DNA of 61,884 nt, filler included, from Dirinaria sp. TL-2023a (lineage: Eukaryota): assembly GCA_051941275.1 (NCBI GenBank). It is 2 parts of 2 records of this genome, joined end to end, with 100 filler letters (N's around TTAATTAATTAA, not from the genome) between each part and the next. Parts side by side here need not be neighbours in the genome. Positions count along the whole stretch, not along the records: positions 1 to 30,899 come from JAVEBF010000099.1; 1 more part is not named here. The stretch is one strand, 5' to 3'. Positions 11,509 to 23,409 of this stretch are shown here, in pieces. The stretch's first letter is position 1; the number at the start of each line of letters is the position of its first letter. The position numbers and the translations under genes are program-made. The notes under the pieces were generated by a model. That model saw only the letters and a program-made list of their open reading frames with translations. It was not told the DNA's origin and ran no database searches.

Positions 11509-12149
11509 GTTGAATAGATCGGCGAGTACTAAGCGTTTCGATAGCGAAAGTCGTAGAGGTGCTCGATATTTCGATCTGGCAAATGTGCTTTGAAAGTAAG
11601 GCTTTTCTAAGGTCGGCAGGTGGCAGGAGAGATCGAGTACTTAATCAACATGACTCTCAAAGATAGCTGTTCAAATAAAGTATGGCAAACAAAGAAAGTC
11701 ATGATCTGCGCAGAGGCTGCTGCCTTTTAAGTATCTTTGTTCTTTGTTGAAACAAAGTCATTGTCCGGTTGATGTTCGAATACTGACTGTGTCGCACCCT
11801 TCTTTGAGTACACAATGAATTCAAGGTTTCAAGTATTGAAAGTTATGGAGTGCAGTGGATCTCGACTCTCATGCTATCTATTCCCAATATGACACTTTGG
11901 TAAGTGGAATTGTCTCGGCTTTTGAGACAAAGATGAAGAGTGTGATATTAGATTCAAAATTCCTTCGACACAGCCTCCAAGCCATCAAGATCAATCACGT
12001 CGCAAGATCAGTCGTGGAAGCCGCCAAAACGATGAGACTTTCTTGTGTTTCTAGTTAATATCAGAATTGAATAATGAGTCCTTTCTCGCAAGATGCTCTA
12101 GATCTTCATTCGGATTCACTCGTCACGCGGGTGGAACTTTCTCGATACG

Positions 12150-12420
12150 TTAGCTAGTGAACAATCGAGGTGTCGTCATCCAGGTAAACCCTCTCTTATG
12201 AGATGCCTGAGAGTGAAGCTTGCAGCAGGAATCAAAGGCGGCGGTCGACAAGCTGGGCAAAAACAGGGTAGGTGAGGAATGAGTAGATGGCGCGATAAGA
12301 CTGCGAGAGAAGATTAAACTCAGCAGAGCTGGCATCGATGAAGGCACCGAGGATGGCTGCTACAGGTTCGAAATAAAGGAATAGAAAGCGGTGAAGTCGA
12401 GCGGTGTAAGCATGACAAAT
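12150..12420 (-). pseudogene. Remnant of a small fungal membrane-protein gene
   Basis: One frame reads HRFLFLYFEPVAAILGA...YPVFAQLV, then stops; resembles a recurrent fungal 'FLYxEP' membrane family (recalled from memory). Confidence 0.3.
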
Positions 12421-15400
12421 ATGTCATTGTAAGAGATAGTTAGTCAGAACAAAAAATTCTTGGAAACCTTTAGCCCATTAACTAAAAGATACTTCAGTGC
12501 AAGACAGTGATGATCATTGTGATCAGACAATATTGCTTGATATACTTCAAGATGAAGACTGCAGCGAGGAAGCTTTGCTGATGGATCATAAAATCATTAT
12601 TGAAATTCAAATACAACTAGGGGTCCAAATTGTGATTGAAGTGATCTCAAACATGGAGTCTCATTCTTGAGTCTTGAAGTCTTACTTCAGCATCTACCAG
12701 ATCCCCTCGATCGCAAGCGAGCGATAAATTTTTTGACTGTGAATGTTACATGTTGATCATGATTCTTCGAAATAAGTGACAATTATGTTTGAACATCAAA
12801 AATAGCAAATGACGAATCACACTAAGTCATCCTATCTACCTTGTCTGACCGTCCTTCATATCTTATAATTTCTTTGAGTCATCCCCACATCTCTTATCAT
12901 TGTCAGCAAAATATTGGCTTGTCACTTACAGAAACATGTTTATTAAACAAAAGACATTCCTCGTTAGCTCTCTGACTCTCGTGTCGTATCAGAGCGGGAA
13001 TCCCATGGGTCCAAGTTGTATTGTGAACGGCGATTTGAAGTATAGTCAGTTGTTGTGATCAAGAATCAATAGTATCATTCATTTCCGTAAGAGATTTCCT
13101 GATTTGGTCACCTATTGTCTCATTACATACTCTTATAGATCGTCACTAGAACAGAAACTAGTGTTGAAAGTAGTGCAATTATCCCGATGCGAGCTTGGAG
13201 TAGCGATTTTTCCGAATCCCATCTTACATATTGCGTTTGGATCTTCGAATGAAATGAAAGAACTCTGATAGTGCAGAACAGCTCCTTCAGCTCGATATTG
13301 ATATGATTCTTGCCGTCATTATTCAAGCCGTATTAGATTTATATCAAGAACTTGGCGTCTTGCGACACAATAAAGTTGAACGTAATCAAGAAATATTGAT
13401 CGTGATTATAATTTTACCTTTTGTCGAGACAAGATGAACGATGTATTACCGTAGCTGTCGAATCCTCTCACAGCATATACAGCGACGTATGTCCCCTTTC
13501 CAATGTGTGAAAAACAGCACAGGTGCAGCCCAGGTGTTTCCAGTCCAAAAGGTGCGGCCTTAGTCTGTGAGCTTGAGCTTGAGGAAGACGTTCGATACAA
13601 CTATATACGCTTACTAAAGCTATAATTCCAGCTAGCGATAAATATAATCCCAAGTCTTCTTTCAATTGAAGAGCCTGATGCTGACTTTGTCTATTACCCT
13701 AAGACATGGGATGCTGAGAAACGCATTGACGAATATTGGTGGTCCGATCAACTATAGCCCACATCAGTATTTCCAGTAGTTGTTGCTGCTCGTACGGCAA
13801 GCCAGCTGATGAGGAAATGCCGAATCAAAGATGTGAGCTTTCCACAACTTTCGATACAAGTAAATCAAAAATTCTTCTGTAGCTAATAGTTGATCAGGCC
13901 AAAAAAGCTTTAAATGTCTTGTCAAAGCTTTGTCTTTCAGACGGCTGCTACGAAATGATATGTATTATCAATCCGCATGAAACTTTACAGACAAAGCGTT
14001 AAGTGACAAATCGAATACTGTTGAATCGAAAACCCCCATTGAAGTCGAATCCAAAGCAATCGACGATGTTTCGTCGAATGGGCAGAGAGAAGCACGACAA
14101 CTTAAGTTGAACAAAACGAGTTTCGATCTCGATCTGCTCGTGTGATACCTATGTTAGTAATATGATGTGATTCAACTTTTCGTACAGATCAAACTCGATT
14201 GAAGACGAGATAACACAAATCTCTCTAAAAAGTGATAAGCACGACACACACGCCCGTGTCTTAAAAATCGAAGTCCTAGAAGATGAGTCGAGCCATGAAG
14301 AAGCCCGTCACTTTTTTCTTGATATGGAGGTCATTCCATCCTCCTTCCATCTTTTCCATAAGCCTCCCTTTATTAGTGACGGTGACAAGGACCAGATTTG
14401 ATTACACCCGTCTCCCCATTGGATATCCCGGCCGCTCTAGCTGTGCAAGCTGCACTCGACAAAACGAACAGCCATGGCACCCCATGATTACCATCCCATT
14501 CGTATATAAGGGTCAATCTGTCGCCACACCACCTTTAATTTATGTCAGACTTCCCTTTACGATACTCGTTTCAATCTATCAAATGCCACTCTCATTCTTT
14601 TCCCCGACATCTTCATCCTTGAACGGTTTGCCTTATTCGAAGATGGCGCTTTCATGGTTGATCAACTCATCGGCGCTTCATTAAATCTTCTTTGCTTGAA
14701 ATTCGCAGCATATCAGAATATAAAAGTGAATATACTGATGCCTGAGATATCAAACCCGTCGAATCCAGCATCACGTGAGGTGAAAATGATCTATGTCTGG
14801 CCAGAGTTGGAAGAGATACACCAGCCAGATCGAGCAATGCCCTCGTGCGTGCACAGTCTGCTTAAGTTCGCTGTCGAATAGCGATCGCTACGACAAATTC
14901 ATAGAGACTCGTCGAGGATCCGATGGTGTTAATACAGTCGGTTCGCTGCTGGTAGTCGCTGTTTAAAAGGAAATCCGACCATAATTCCGATCTTTGTGGA
15001 CTTTGAGGATCTCGGGAACACTAGTCTGAGTATCCTTGCGGTCTCGGCATGAGGTGCAATTCGCCTGGATGCCAATCAAATCCAGATCAGCTCAATGCTT
15101 ACAAGTGATGTGACATGTTCATAAGCGAGTATGAGGTAGCTCTGCGACTGCATGTAGATCATGGCACTTACAAGCTCTGCGATCGGTCAAGCTTCTAAGA
15201 CCCTGATTAATGCGTGTGCTGGGTCTTTATCCCTGTCTCCCCTCCGATCTATCATGCCTGGACCGAAATGTGCCTTGCAACAAAAGCAGTCGGCATTGTT
15301 TGAACTTTCCCAAAGCAGCTTTTTAGCATTTTGCTATTTCCTAAACAAATACAGACATATTCGACGAACCAGGTCATGTGCAGCTTTATTCGAATTTTGG

Positions 15401-15444
15401 AAACCTCGGGACTGCATTTTCACTCTCCATCAACGACCTTCACT

Positions 15445-15945
15445 CTATTGAGTCGCTGTCGAAGCAGTGGTGGAGTTCTGGTAATCGAATCCCATCTGAC
15501 AAGTTGCCTTCTTATAGCCGACAGTGTACGCGGCGTAATGACAATAAGTTGTCACTGCCAAACCCTTGACGATACCACTAGCTAGACATGATTCACACCT
15601 ATTGAAGCAGTCTTGAGCATCCTTGAAACTACGGCCATGTGCCTTCCAGAAAAGAAAATTCGGCCTTGGGTCAATATCGTTACTAATGGCGGGATATGTG
15701 GGTGTGCATTCATTGCCGTCCCAACTGGAGCTGTTCATCAATTGGAGGCAATTCCACATCGACTCTTGCCATGCCGGAGTGAGAGCCCAATCTGTAGTAG
15801 CGGAGGTGGAAGTGTTGACGCTGCAATCCGGAGTGAGAATATCTTGCGGGTTGATTGCCTCCTCAATTGCCCAAGTCGACCAACACAGGGCATAAGGGAA
15901 AAAAACGCAGAGACTCGTGTGGAAAAAGGCACATCGAAAATTCAT
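15445..15945 (-). CDS. Small secreted cysteine-rich protein (effector-like), ~166 aa
   Basis: ATG 15945 gives a hydrophobic leader (MNFRCAFFHTSLCVFFPYALC); mature part has 8 Cys including DCFNRCESCL and TCQMGF; intronless ORF. Confidence 0.7.
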   Translation of the reverse strand: MNFRCAFFHTSLCVFFPYALCWSTWAIEEAINPQDILTPDCSVNTSTSATTDWALTPAWQESMWNCLQLMNSSSWDGNECTPTYPAISNDIDPRPNFLFWKAHGRSFKDAQDCFNRCESCLASGIVKGLAVTTYCHYAAYTVGYKKATCQMGFDYQNSTTASTATQ

Positions 15946-17002
15946 GTTGAAGTGAGACTGATCGTGGTTTCGAACTTGCTCTCGAAGAGGTTTGTTGGTT
16001 TTTGACGATAGTATGTGTGCTGGTTGACTTTGACTGATAAGGGCTCCCTCGTACGCTTGATTTTTGACGTGTGGGGTTTCTAGAGCAGGCTCATATATCA
16101 AGTATACCTTGCACTTTCATTGTGTGGATAAGCCGACAAAGCCGGCCTTGAATGGGCAATGGAAAATGGGAAATGCTCTCTTAAAGGCGGCGGGCTCATC
16201 CGTCCTGGCAACGCTGACGGTACCTGTCGGGTGGAAGATCCTTCTTTTACTGAATCGCCTAAAAATATTCCGAGCGATCTATGGTCCCCAGTATGTGTAG
16301 GCAAGATCCTCTTTAAGCGGGCGAATTATGCGATCACCAAGTGAAATAAGGTATTACCAGCGCGGGATAACTGAACCCTGAGCGCGTAAATAATCAATTT
16401 TAGATGAATTGAATGGTCATCAAGAGTACGGCATGAGCAGTTCCTGGCGTATCCGGTGATGAAACACAAAGCACATCCTAAGGCTTTGATTATCCGCGCA
16501 GGATGCATGGGAGTCCGTTCTCTGTCACGTTCTGGACTCGAGGTTCCAGGCTTCGCTACTATTGCGATAGCTCCCGTCTTGACAGATTGTCTTGCGTATA
16601 GGATATCGAACATTCCGCGAGATGATTGAAAGTATTTCAAGAGCGGGAAGTATGGTCTGACAGATTGAATAAGCACAAGCTGAAGACACAAGCAGGCGAT
16701 GCACAGTTGCGCGACTTCCCGCTCTTCGAGCTGACTAATATTTCCTGCACTTTAGCTTACGTCATCCCCGCTTATTCCGCGGAATCGTTCCGAGAAAGTT
16801 GTAAATTCTTCGCAGGTCGAATTGCTCACATACCTTAAGGTTGGTAATTGATGAGCTTAGGAGGCTCTACTTGCATTTAATTTTCCCTTCCAAGATACTT
16901 TGGTACTTTCGAATGAATTGAGTGGCGGAACCTATTTGATTCACCGTATACATACCTTCTTCGATTTGCTCCAGCGTTGGATTTTCATTTAGAGGTGCCA
17001 CA

Positions 17003-17830
17003 ATGGCGAATATAGTCCAGGACTACGGGTGGAGTTCTGAATCCCGAGATCTTCATCTCGTGCTTAGTAGCCGGGTGAAAATCAAGGAGCCTCGGCCATT
17101 ACTGGTTCAAGACATTGACTTGCCCGAGACCACGCTTATAAAAGGCATCACAGAGTATGGGAAACGACAGCTACCAGAGCAGACATTCAATCATAGCATG
17201 CGGGTCTATTATTATGGTAGCAGGAACATCTTCATTGATCAAACGACAATTTCAAGTTAGTCGTCCTGACGCTTATCCAGGTAAAGCAATCCAGATGCAG
17301 CATTTCCCGAATTGGACTTTCACAGACGAAACATACCTACTCGCGTGTCTCCTTCACGACATCGGCACTACCGATACGAATTTGCAAGCCACGTTGATGT
17401 CGTTCGAATTCTACGGCGGTTTCTTAGCACTGAATCTGCTGCAGAACGAGCATCAAGCGCCAAAAGCCCAGGCGGAGAGCGTCGCTGAAGCTATCATCCG
17501 CCATCAAGATCTTGGTGAGAGTGGCAAGATCACTACGCTGGGGTTATGTATTCAGTTTGCCACTGTTTTTGGTGAGAGTCACAGCCATCCTTCATGGTCA
17601 AGCAGCTGATTCGCGAAGATAATATGGGTATGCACCCAGAGTTGGTGCATCAAGCGACGATTGAAGATGTGGTCAAGCACTACCCGCGAAAGGGATGGTC
17701 CTCATGCTTTGCTGCTACAATTCGGAAGGAGAATTCAATGAAACCTTGGGCGCACACAACCGCGCTGGGAGAAGAGGACTTCCCGAACGGCGTGCAAAAT
17801 AACCAATTGATGGCCCCCTATGACGTTTGA
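17003..17830 (+). CDS. Cyanamide hydratase / HD-domain hydrolase (Cah, DDI2/DDI3-like); exons 17003-17216, 17281-17571, 17619-17830
   Basis: QTFNHSMRVYYYG, CLLHDIGTT (HD), MSFEFYGG, AEAIIRHQD, YPRKGWSSCFA, KPWAHTT; both introns splice in frame. Confidence 0.92.
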
Positions 17831-19267
17831 TGCTGCGTTGAGGTATGATGGTCATCTTTCTTAGGGCTCTCTGACATCTATCCCCTCGTAGCTGAGAAAA
17901 TGAATGGTTTTTTGTAACAGCCCTAATACTTTCAAAACTTTGGTACGACCAAAACTTGCCGTTCTTTTGTAATCTCACAAGATCTGCATGACTCAACCCC
18001 GTTGCACGGCCGGCCATGGCTAGGAAGCAAATGCCTAGGTCTCGAGGAACAGAATCAAAGGAATCGTTATGGAATCCTAATTCGAAATGGTTCGTACTCT
18101 AAAGTGGACACTTTGGTGATCCACAAAAAGATAGGAGATTTTCTCCTGCGCCTCTGAAAGTCTCCCTGAAAGTTACACTGACCGTGCCTTGTAGGGCTCA
18201 CTTCACTAACCTGCCCAGTCTCTATTTATAGGTACAAGACAGATCTTTATTTCGTCCAAGGAGTTCGTAAATGGTAGGGTGTTACTCCAGAAGTAAATAA
18301 TTTGGTGGGATTGAAGGAGTGAAACAGCATGAAAGGCGGAAGCACATCCACAATCACACTTAATAAGCGCAACATCCTGCGGAGCATTGACAATATGCTG
18401 AATTCCGGAGGTACAGAGCAAGTATGAACAGATACCTGAAAAAATTCGCCATGGTTTCCACTCATAGAACGACCAGGCTGTAGCTTTCAAGCCATCTGGG
18501 TAAGGCTTGAGTCGACTATAGATCGGTGGTTAGCCTCGCCCTAGTAGAGACTTGCTAGGGTCAGCTATCCACAACCAAATCGAAGAGAAGCCCTGCGAAA
18601 CCGGACCAGTCGCAATAATCTAAATGTGTATTGGTGAGCAGTCGATGCATCAAAGAGAGCAGGAACAGTGAAGAGGATGACCAGCTTTAAAATGAGAACA
18701 TCCCAATTCTACGTAAGTCATGCAATGTCTCTTGTGTAGAACTGTCTTGCCAATGAGAATGCTGGTGCTTGGCTAGTGGGTTCACTAGACGATAGGATAG
18801 CTGCTTCCCAGAGAGATAAGAACTACAAAGCTCTTGCAGACGCAGCCGATGCATTGTTAGTAGCCGACCGCTTCTGTGCCTTGTCTCGTGGCATATTGGA
18901 GACACTATGACAGAATTGAGACGTGTTGTGTCGTTGTAGGTGCCGACGAGATGCTGCATTCAAGATGTACTCGCAAAATTGCCATAAATGCGAAGCAAAT
19001 GCATGCAGCTGCAGAAGACTGAGGACGATGTCATCATCGAGAGAAGCTCCGTCCGATGCTCTGCTTTGTATTGAGCCACGCTGACTACGTTTGCGCATCC
19101 GACTTTCGATTGACAATTCAGTATAGAACAGTTTGTCGATCCTAGCCGAAGCTCTACTCCCACATGTCTACTCTCAAAACTCCAACAGTCTTTCTAAGTC
19201 TCATATACGCCAAATCGAGTGCCCACTAGCAACCGCATCCTATGTACTTCGCTCTTCTTCAAGATGA

Positions 19268-20269
19268 TTAGCGAGTCGTCTTCTCTTCAGTCTCTTGCTC
19301 GACGCTCGATTCAGGCCCCCCAGCTGCTGGCAAACGCCAAGCCGGATGGACGAGATTGAAGACTACTGCAGCAATGACCATGAGCGCTCCATCAAGCACA
19401 CAGAAGTAGACCTCGTGTGTGATCAAGTATCCCTTCCAGCCCTGTGACAACTCGATGGCGCGGTAAAAGTTCCTGATAATGATACAAGCTGCGGAAACAC
19501 TGGTTGTAACAAGCAGAAGCTGCGTCTTTGAATCCTTGGGAACAGCTCGAGCGCTCCAGATTACCCAGAGGAAGAGAATCGCGAAGACAGACATCGAGAC
19601 CAACTGGATGATGATTCCTGCCATCATTTCATGCGTTCCAGTCAGAGTGCTCTGCGGTGGTTCTGCCGCGCTGGCTTTGGAAGCGGTACCGCCACCCACT
19701 GCCTGGATAATTATAGAGAGGAGGTCGAAACTGGCGAAAATGATAAGGTACAGTCTGGGAGAAAGTGGGCTATATCGTGGGCCCCACAAGCGGATAAGCT
19801 GGCCAAGAACGTAGTATATGGCGGCGCTGAAGAAGCAAGGCGCTGTACTGCATTAGTGTTCTGGAGCTCGGATGCATGGGTTGGGAAGGTACCAATGATC
19901 AAGATAGATATCTGCATCTCGAACGCATTGTTACTGTACGGACACTTGGACGCCCAGAGTCTTGCAATCCAGCCCAGAAGCTCTCCTGCAGCATTGATTA
20001 GCGGCTAGTTCACAGCTTGTGTCCATTGAGATCATACCAAGAGCGCCGACTGCGAACAAGCTGTACCACCATTTACGCTTGACAACAGTTTGCACACAAT
20101 GGGTTAAGAATGTAATGAAGAAGACAACGACGAAAACAATGCCGGCTGCAGTGTTTGGTTTGTACCCATACGTTGGCAAGACTTGCCGGTCATAGGCGAC
20201 GCATCCCTGACCTCGGTCATGATGGCTGAGCTGGCTCGCCAGTGGTGTTCGTTTCAGAAGAGAGGCCAT
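19268..20269 (-). CDS. RTA1-family (Rsb1/Rta1) 7-TM lipid-translocating exporter/resistance protein, multi-exon
   Basis: YGYKPNTAAGIVF, ELLGWIARLW, PCFFSAAIYTF, DLLSIIIQAVGGG, IIRNFYRAIELSQGWKGYLITHEVYFCVLDG, HPAW. Confidence 0.93.
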
Positions 20270-21468
20270 TGCTGCGAGTGTAAAAAATCGTGTGGAATTT
20301 TATATCTTGAAGCTACACAAGACGCGAGAGTGACAGCAAGTTTTCAATCGAAAATTGTCAACTCTCAAGATGTGGAAACGACCTAGGAGAAGCAAGGAGT
20401 GGAGAAGGACAGAGTAAGGAGGTCTTATGAGGTGATTCTGGTGAAAAATGTGTGGACGTAAAATAATATCAATAGCAGTGAAAAAGGAAATCCATGCCAC
20501 GGTAGACTGCATACATATAGGCGGCTGGGAGCAACTCAGGTGGCGCTCCGTCCGCGTTGCGGAATATGATCAGTCTATAGTAGGCCATTTCCAACAGATT
20601 CTCCGACGCGGCGAAGCGAGATTGAATCTATATTGCTAGGCTGCGAATACAATTTGGCTATCAAAGTCTATGTGTCGGGCGTCCAATGAGGAGCACATTC
20701 CAGCACAGTTCGTGACGCACGAAACAGAGGCTAAACAGCATCATACAACCCGAGTAGTTGATCGGCGCATTGTTTGTATATTGTTGATGTTTAGCCTCGA
20801 AAGATGTTTCCTAATTCGGGACTAGCCTATAATTCAGCCGCTCCCGCTTCGGATCGGACTTATCGAGCACCGAGATTTCAACACTTGATCTGATTCCTTG
20901 ATTCTGATCCAGATGAAGCAAATTCAATCAAGTAATGCGAGTATTCAGGTTGGTTTTGTATATTCGGTTCATCGAGCACATGCACGTCAGCACTAACCGC
21001 TCCCGCAAGGATTGCCCATGAATGAGTCGATCAACCCTGGCGTTCGTGAACATTAGAAAGGGGTACAACGCTTCCCTCAGGCCACCCGACGTCTTTCATA
21101 TCTTGCCTCGACGCCCTCACCTGCCTGATAGAATCTTACCAACTCATCATCAGCCTCTAGCTGTCGGATCTCCCGCCCTTGTTCTCTCAAGCGCATGCGG
21201 TGAGGTCTGGGCGTTTATACCTAATTCTGGCGAAAAACTCCTGAGGTCGACAAACACTACCCCCGGGACATGAAATGAACACTGCAGCTAATCCAGCTCA
21301 GCAAATTAGACGGATTGGCGACGTTGCAAGTAGTATAGAAAAGAGGCGCTGTTACTAGATATTTTCGTGAGAGTCACGCGACGTCATCCTCTGACACAAG
21401 CATTTGTTGAACGCTCAATACTTGTTCAGAATTTCCTTGAAGCTTTCGCATTTGGCTAACGGGCGAGA

Positions 21469-23228
21469 ATGGTTGGGGTTGCTGGTAAATCTAAAGCCTG
21501 TAACACATGCCGGATTCGTAAAGTTAAGGTGTGACTCTGCGACTTGACTTCAAAGGCACTCTACTGATTCACATGTAGTGCGATCTACAAACGCCAGGAT
21601 GTGGCCAGTGCTTGAAGACTGGCAGACACTGCCCTGGCTATCGTCGAGCCACGGTCTTTCTGCACCAAGAGGATAACGATGTCTCCGGACATTCGTCTAG
21701 ATCCACAACTCCTACACCTGCGGATGTCGGCATGATGACGGCAGGCGACCGCCAGATTCGAAGAGCCACCAATATTCAATTCAAACGACAAGTACGCCCT
21801 GAAGTGCAAATGACAGCTCAGATCAACAACCGGCACATTTTCCGGGACCTGTTTGCTGCCGAGTTCCTTCGCATTTATCTGCCCACGTCGGAATTTTGCC
21901 CACAGACCCCGCTGACATGGCTTCAATTGGTTTTCAATGTGCCGACAGAGGGTACTGCGCTGGACTGCGCAATGGCCGCCGTGGCTTTATCTGTTGTAGG
22001 GCGTGCTGCAAACGATGCTGCTCTTTCTGTCGAAAGCTCGAGGAAGTACGGCCAAGCTTTATGGGCCCTTCAGAGGGCGCTTTGGGATGAACGACTAAGA
22101 TTTCAGGATGAGACCTTAGCGGCATGTACCGCACTCGTGCTCTACGAGGTCTGTTTCCATTCATGCTGGAAATGTTTTGGTTCTTTTCACTAACCTTCGG
22201 ATACTTGAAGCTTCTCGAATGTACCGAGGACAACTTGGAAGGTTGGGTCACTCATGCACAGGGCGTTGCTCGTCTTGTGGAGGCACGTGGGCCTAGTTCG
22301 TTCGATTCGCCTTTAGCACACATGATTTTCATGTCGTTTCGCAACACCGCTGTAAGATAGACCCCTGAGCCCCAAACGGAAGAGGCACACTAACATTGCC
22401 TTGCAGATGATCCAAGCATTGCAAGGCAGAAAAGCCTCAATGTTCACGCGGCCTGAGTGGCAAACCGAGCCCTGGAAAATTCACAGTAAAGGACCGGATC
22501 AGCAGCTCTTCGACATAGGCATAGAGCTCTCGGCCATCCTTGCGCGCGCCGACAAATCGAAATCGATTCAAGAAAGTAATGCCATTGCCCTAGAGAAGGT
22601 CGCACTTCTCAAAGATTGCGAGGACCTTGCGAAAAGGCTCGACACGTGGTTCCGACAATTCAATGAAGACATCCCCCCCCCTCACTACTGGCCAGAATTC
22701 TCCAACGTCGAGAGCCCGATCGACGTTCGTGAGGGTCGCAAGATATTCCCGGTCTCCTTTCGCTTTTCGAACATATATATCGCCAAGGTTCTGATCGACT
22801 ACTGGGGGATCTCCATTGTGCTGTACAGCACTTCTATCATCTTATATCGATCCCTCACTGCCGATAATAATAGAACTGGTCCCGAACACCCTGCAGACGA
22901 GCGTCGTGCACAAGCAAAGGCCATTCTGCCCCAGCACATTAGCGTCCCCAAGCCTGGTATAACTCAAAGGCCTGAAATGATCAAGTCCCTAGCCGACAAC
23001 ATCGCACAGTCGATGGAGTACTGTCTGCAAAAGGACGTGGGGACGCTTGGGCCACAATGGGCACTATTTGCTCTTCGTATAGCACTGCAGACTTACAAGT
23101 ATTTTCCCGATACAAACGAGCTTCTCTGGTTACAGGCGATACACGATAAAATCTGCGACGAGAAAGGTGTAAAGTTTAGCCGGATTATTGCTGCATCAAA
23201 TTGGGAAGCCAGGAGTTCAAGCCTGTGA
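21469..23228 (+). CDS. Zn(II)2Cys6 transcription factor with fungal-specific TF domain, multi-exon
   Basis: MVGVAGKSKACNTCRIRKVK|CDLQTPGCGQCLKTGRHCPGY binuclear cluster; YGQALWALQRAL, WVTHAQG, NIAQSMEYCL. Confidence 0.92.
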
Positions 23229-23409
23229 AATAATCCTCTCGCACAGTGGTTAATCTGCAGAAGCAAGGACATCATTAAATTAAATAGATATATCGTCAAA
23301 ACCGGCGCTTATGACACCCGACGCACATTGCAGCGGCCACTTGGCAGGTCTTAATTGAAAGTCATCGAATCCAGTGCAATCTCGATCTACCACCATTGAC
23401 CGTCGAGTA

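Noticed and set aside
12450..15100. Fragments with hydrophobic segments (GIIALLSTLVSVLVTIY; LYLSLAGIIALVSVY)
   Set aside because: Multiple stops and no assignable family; treated as decayed sequence
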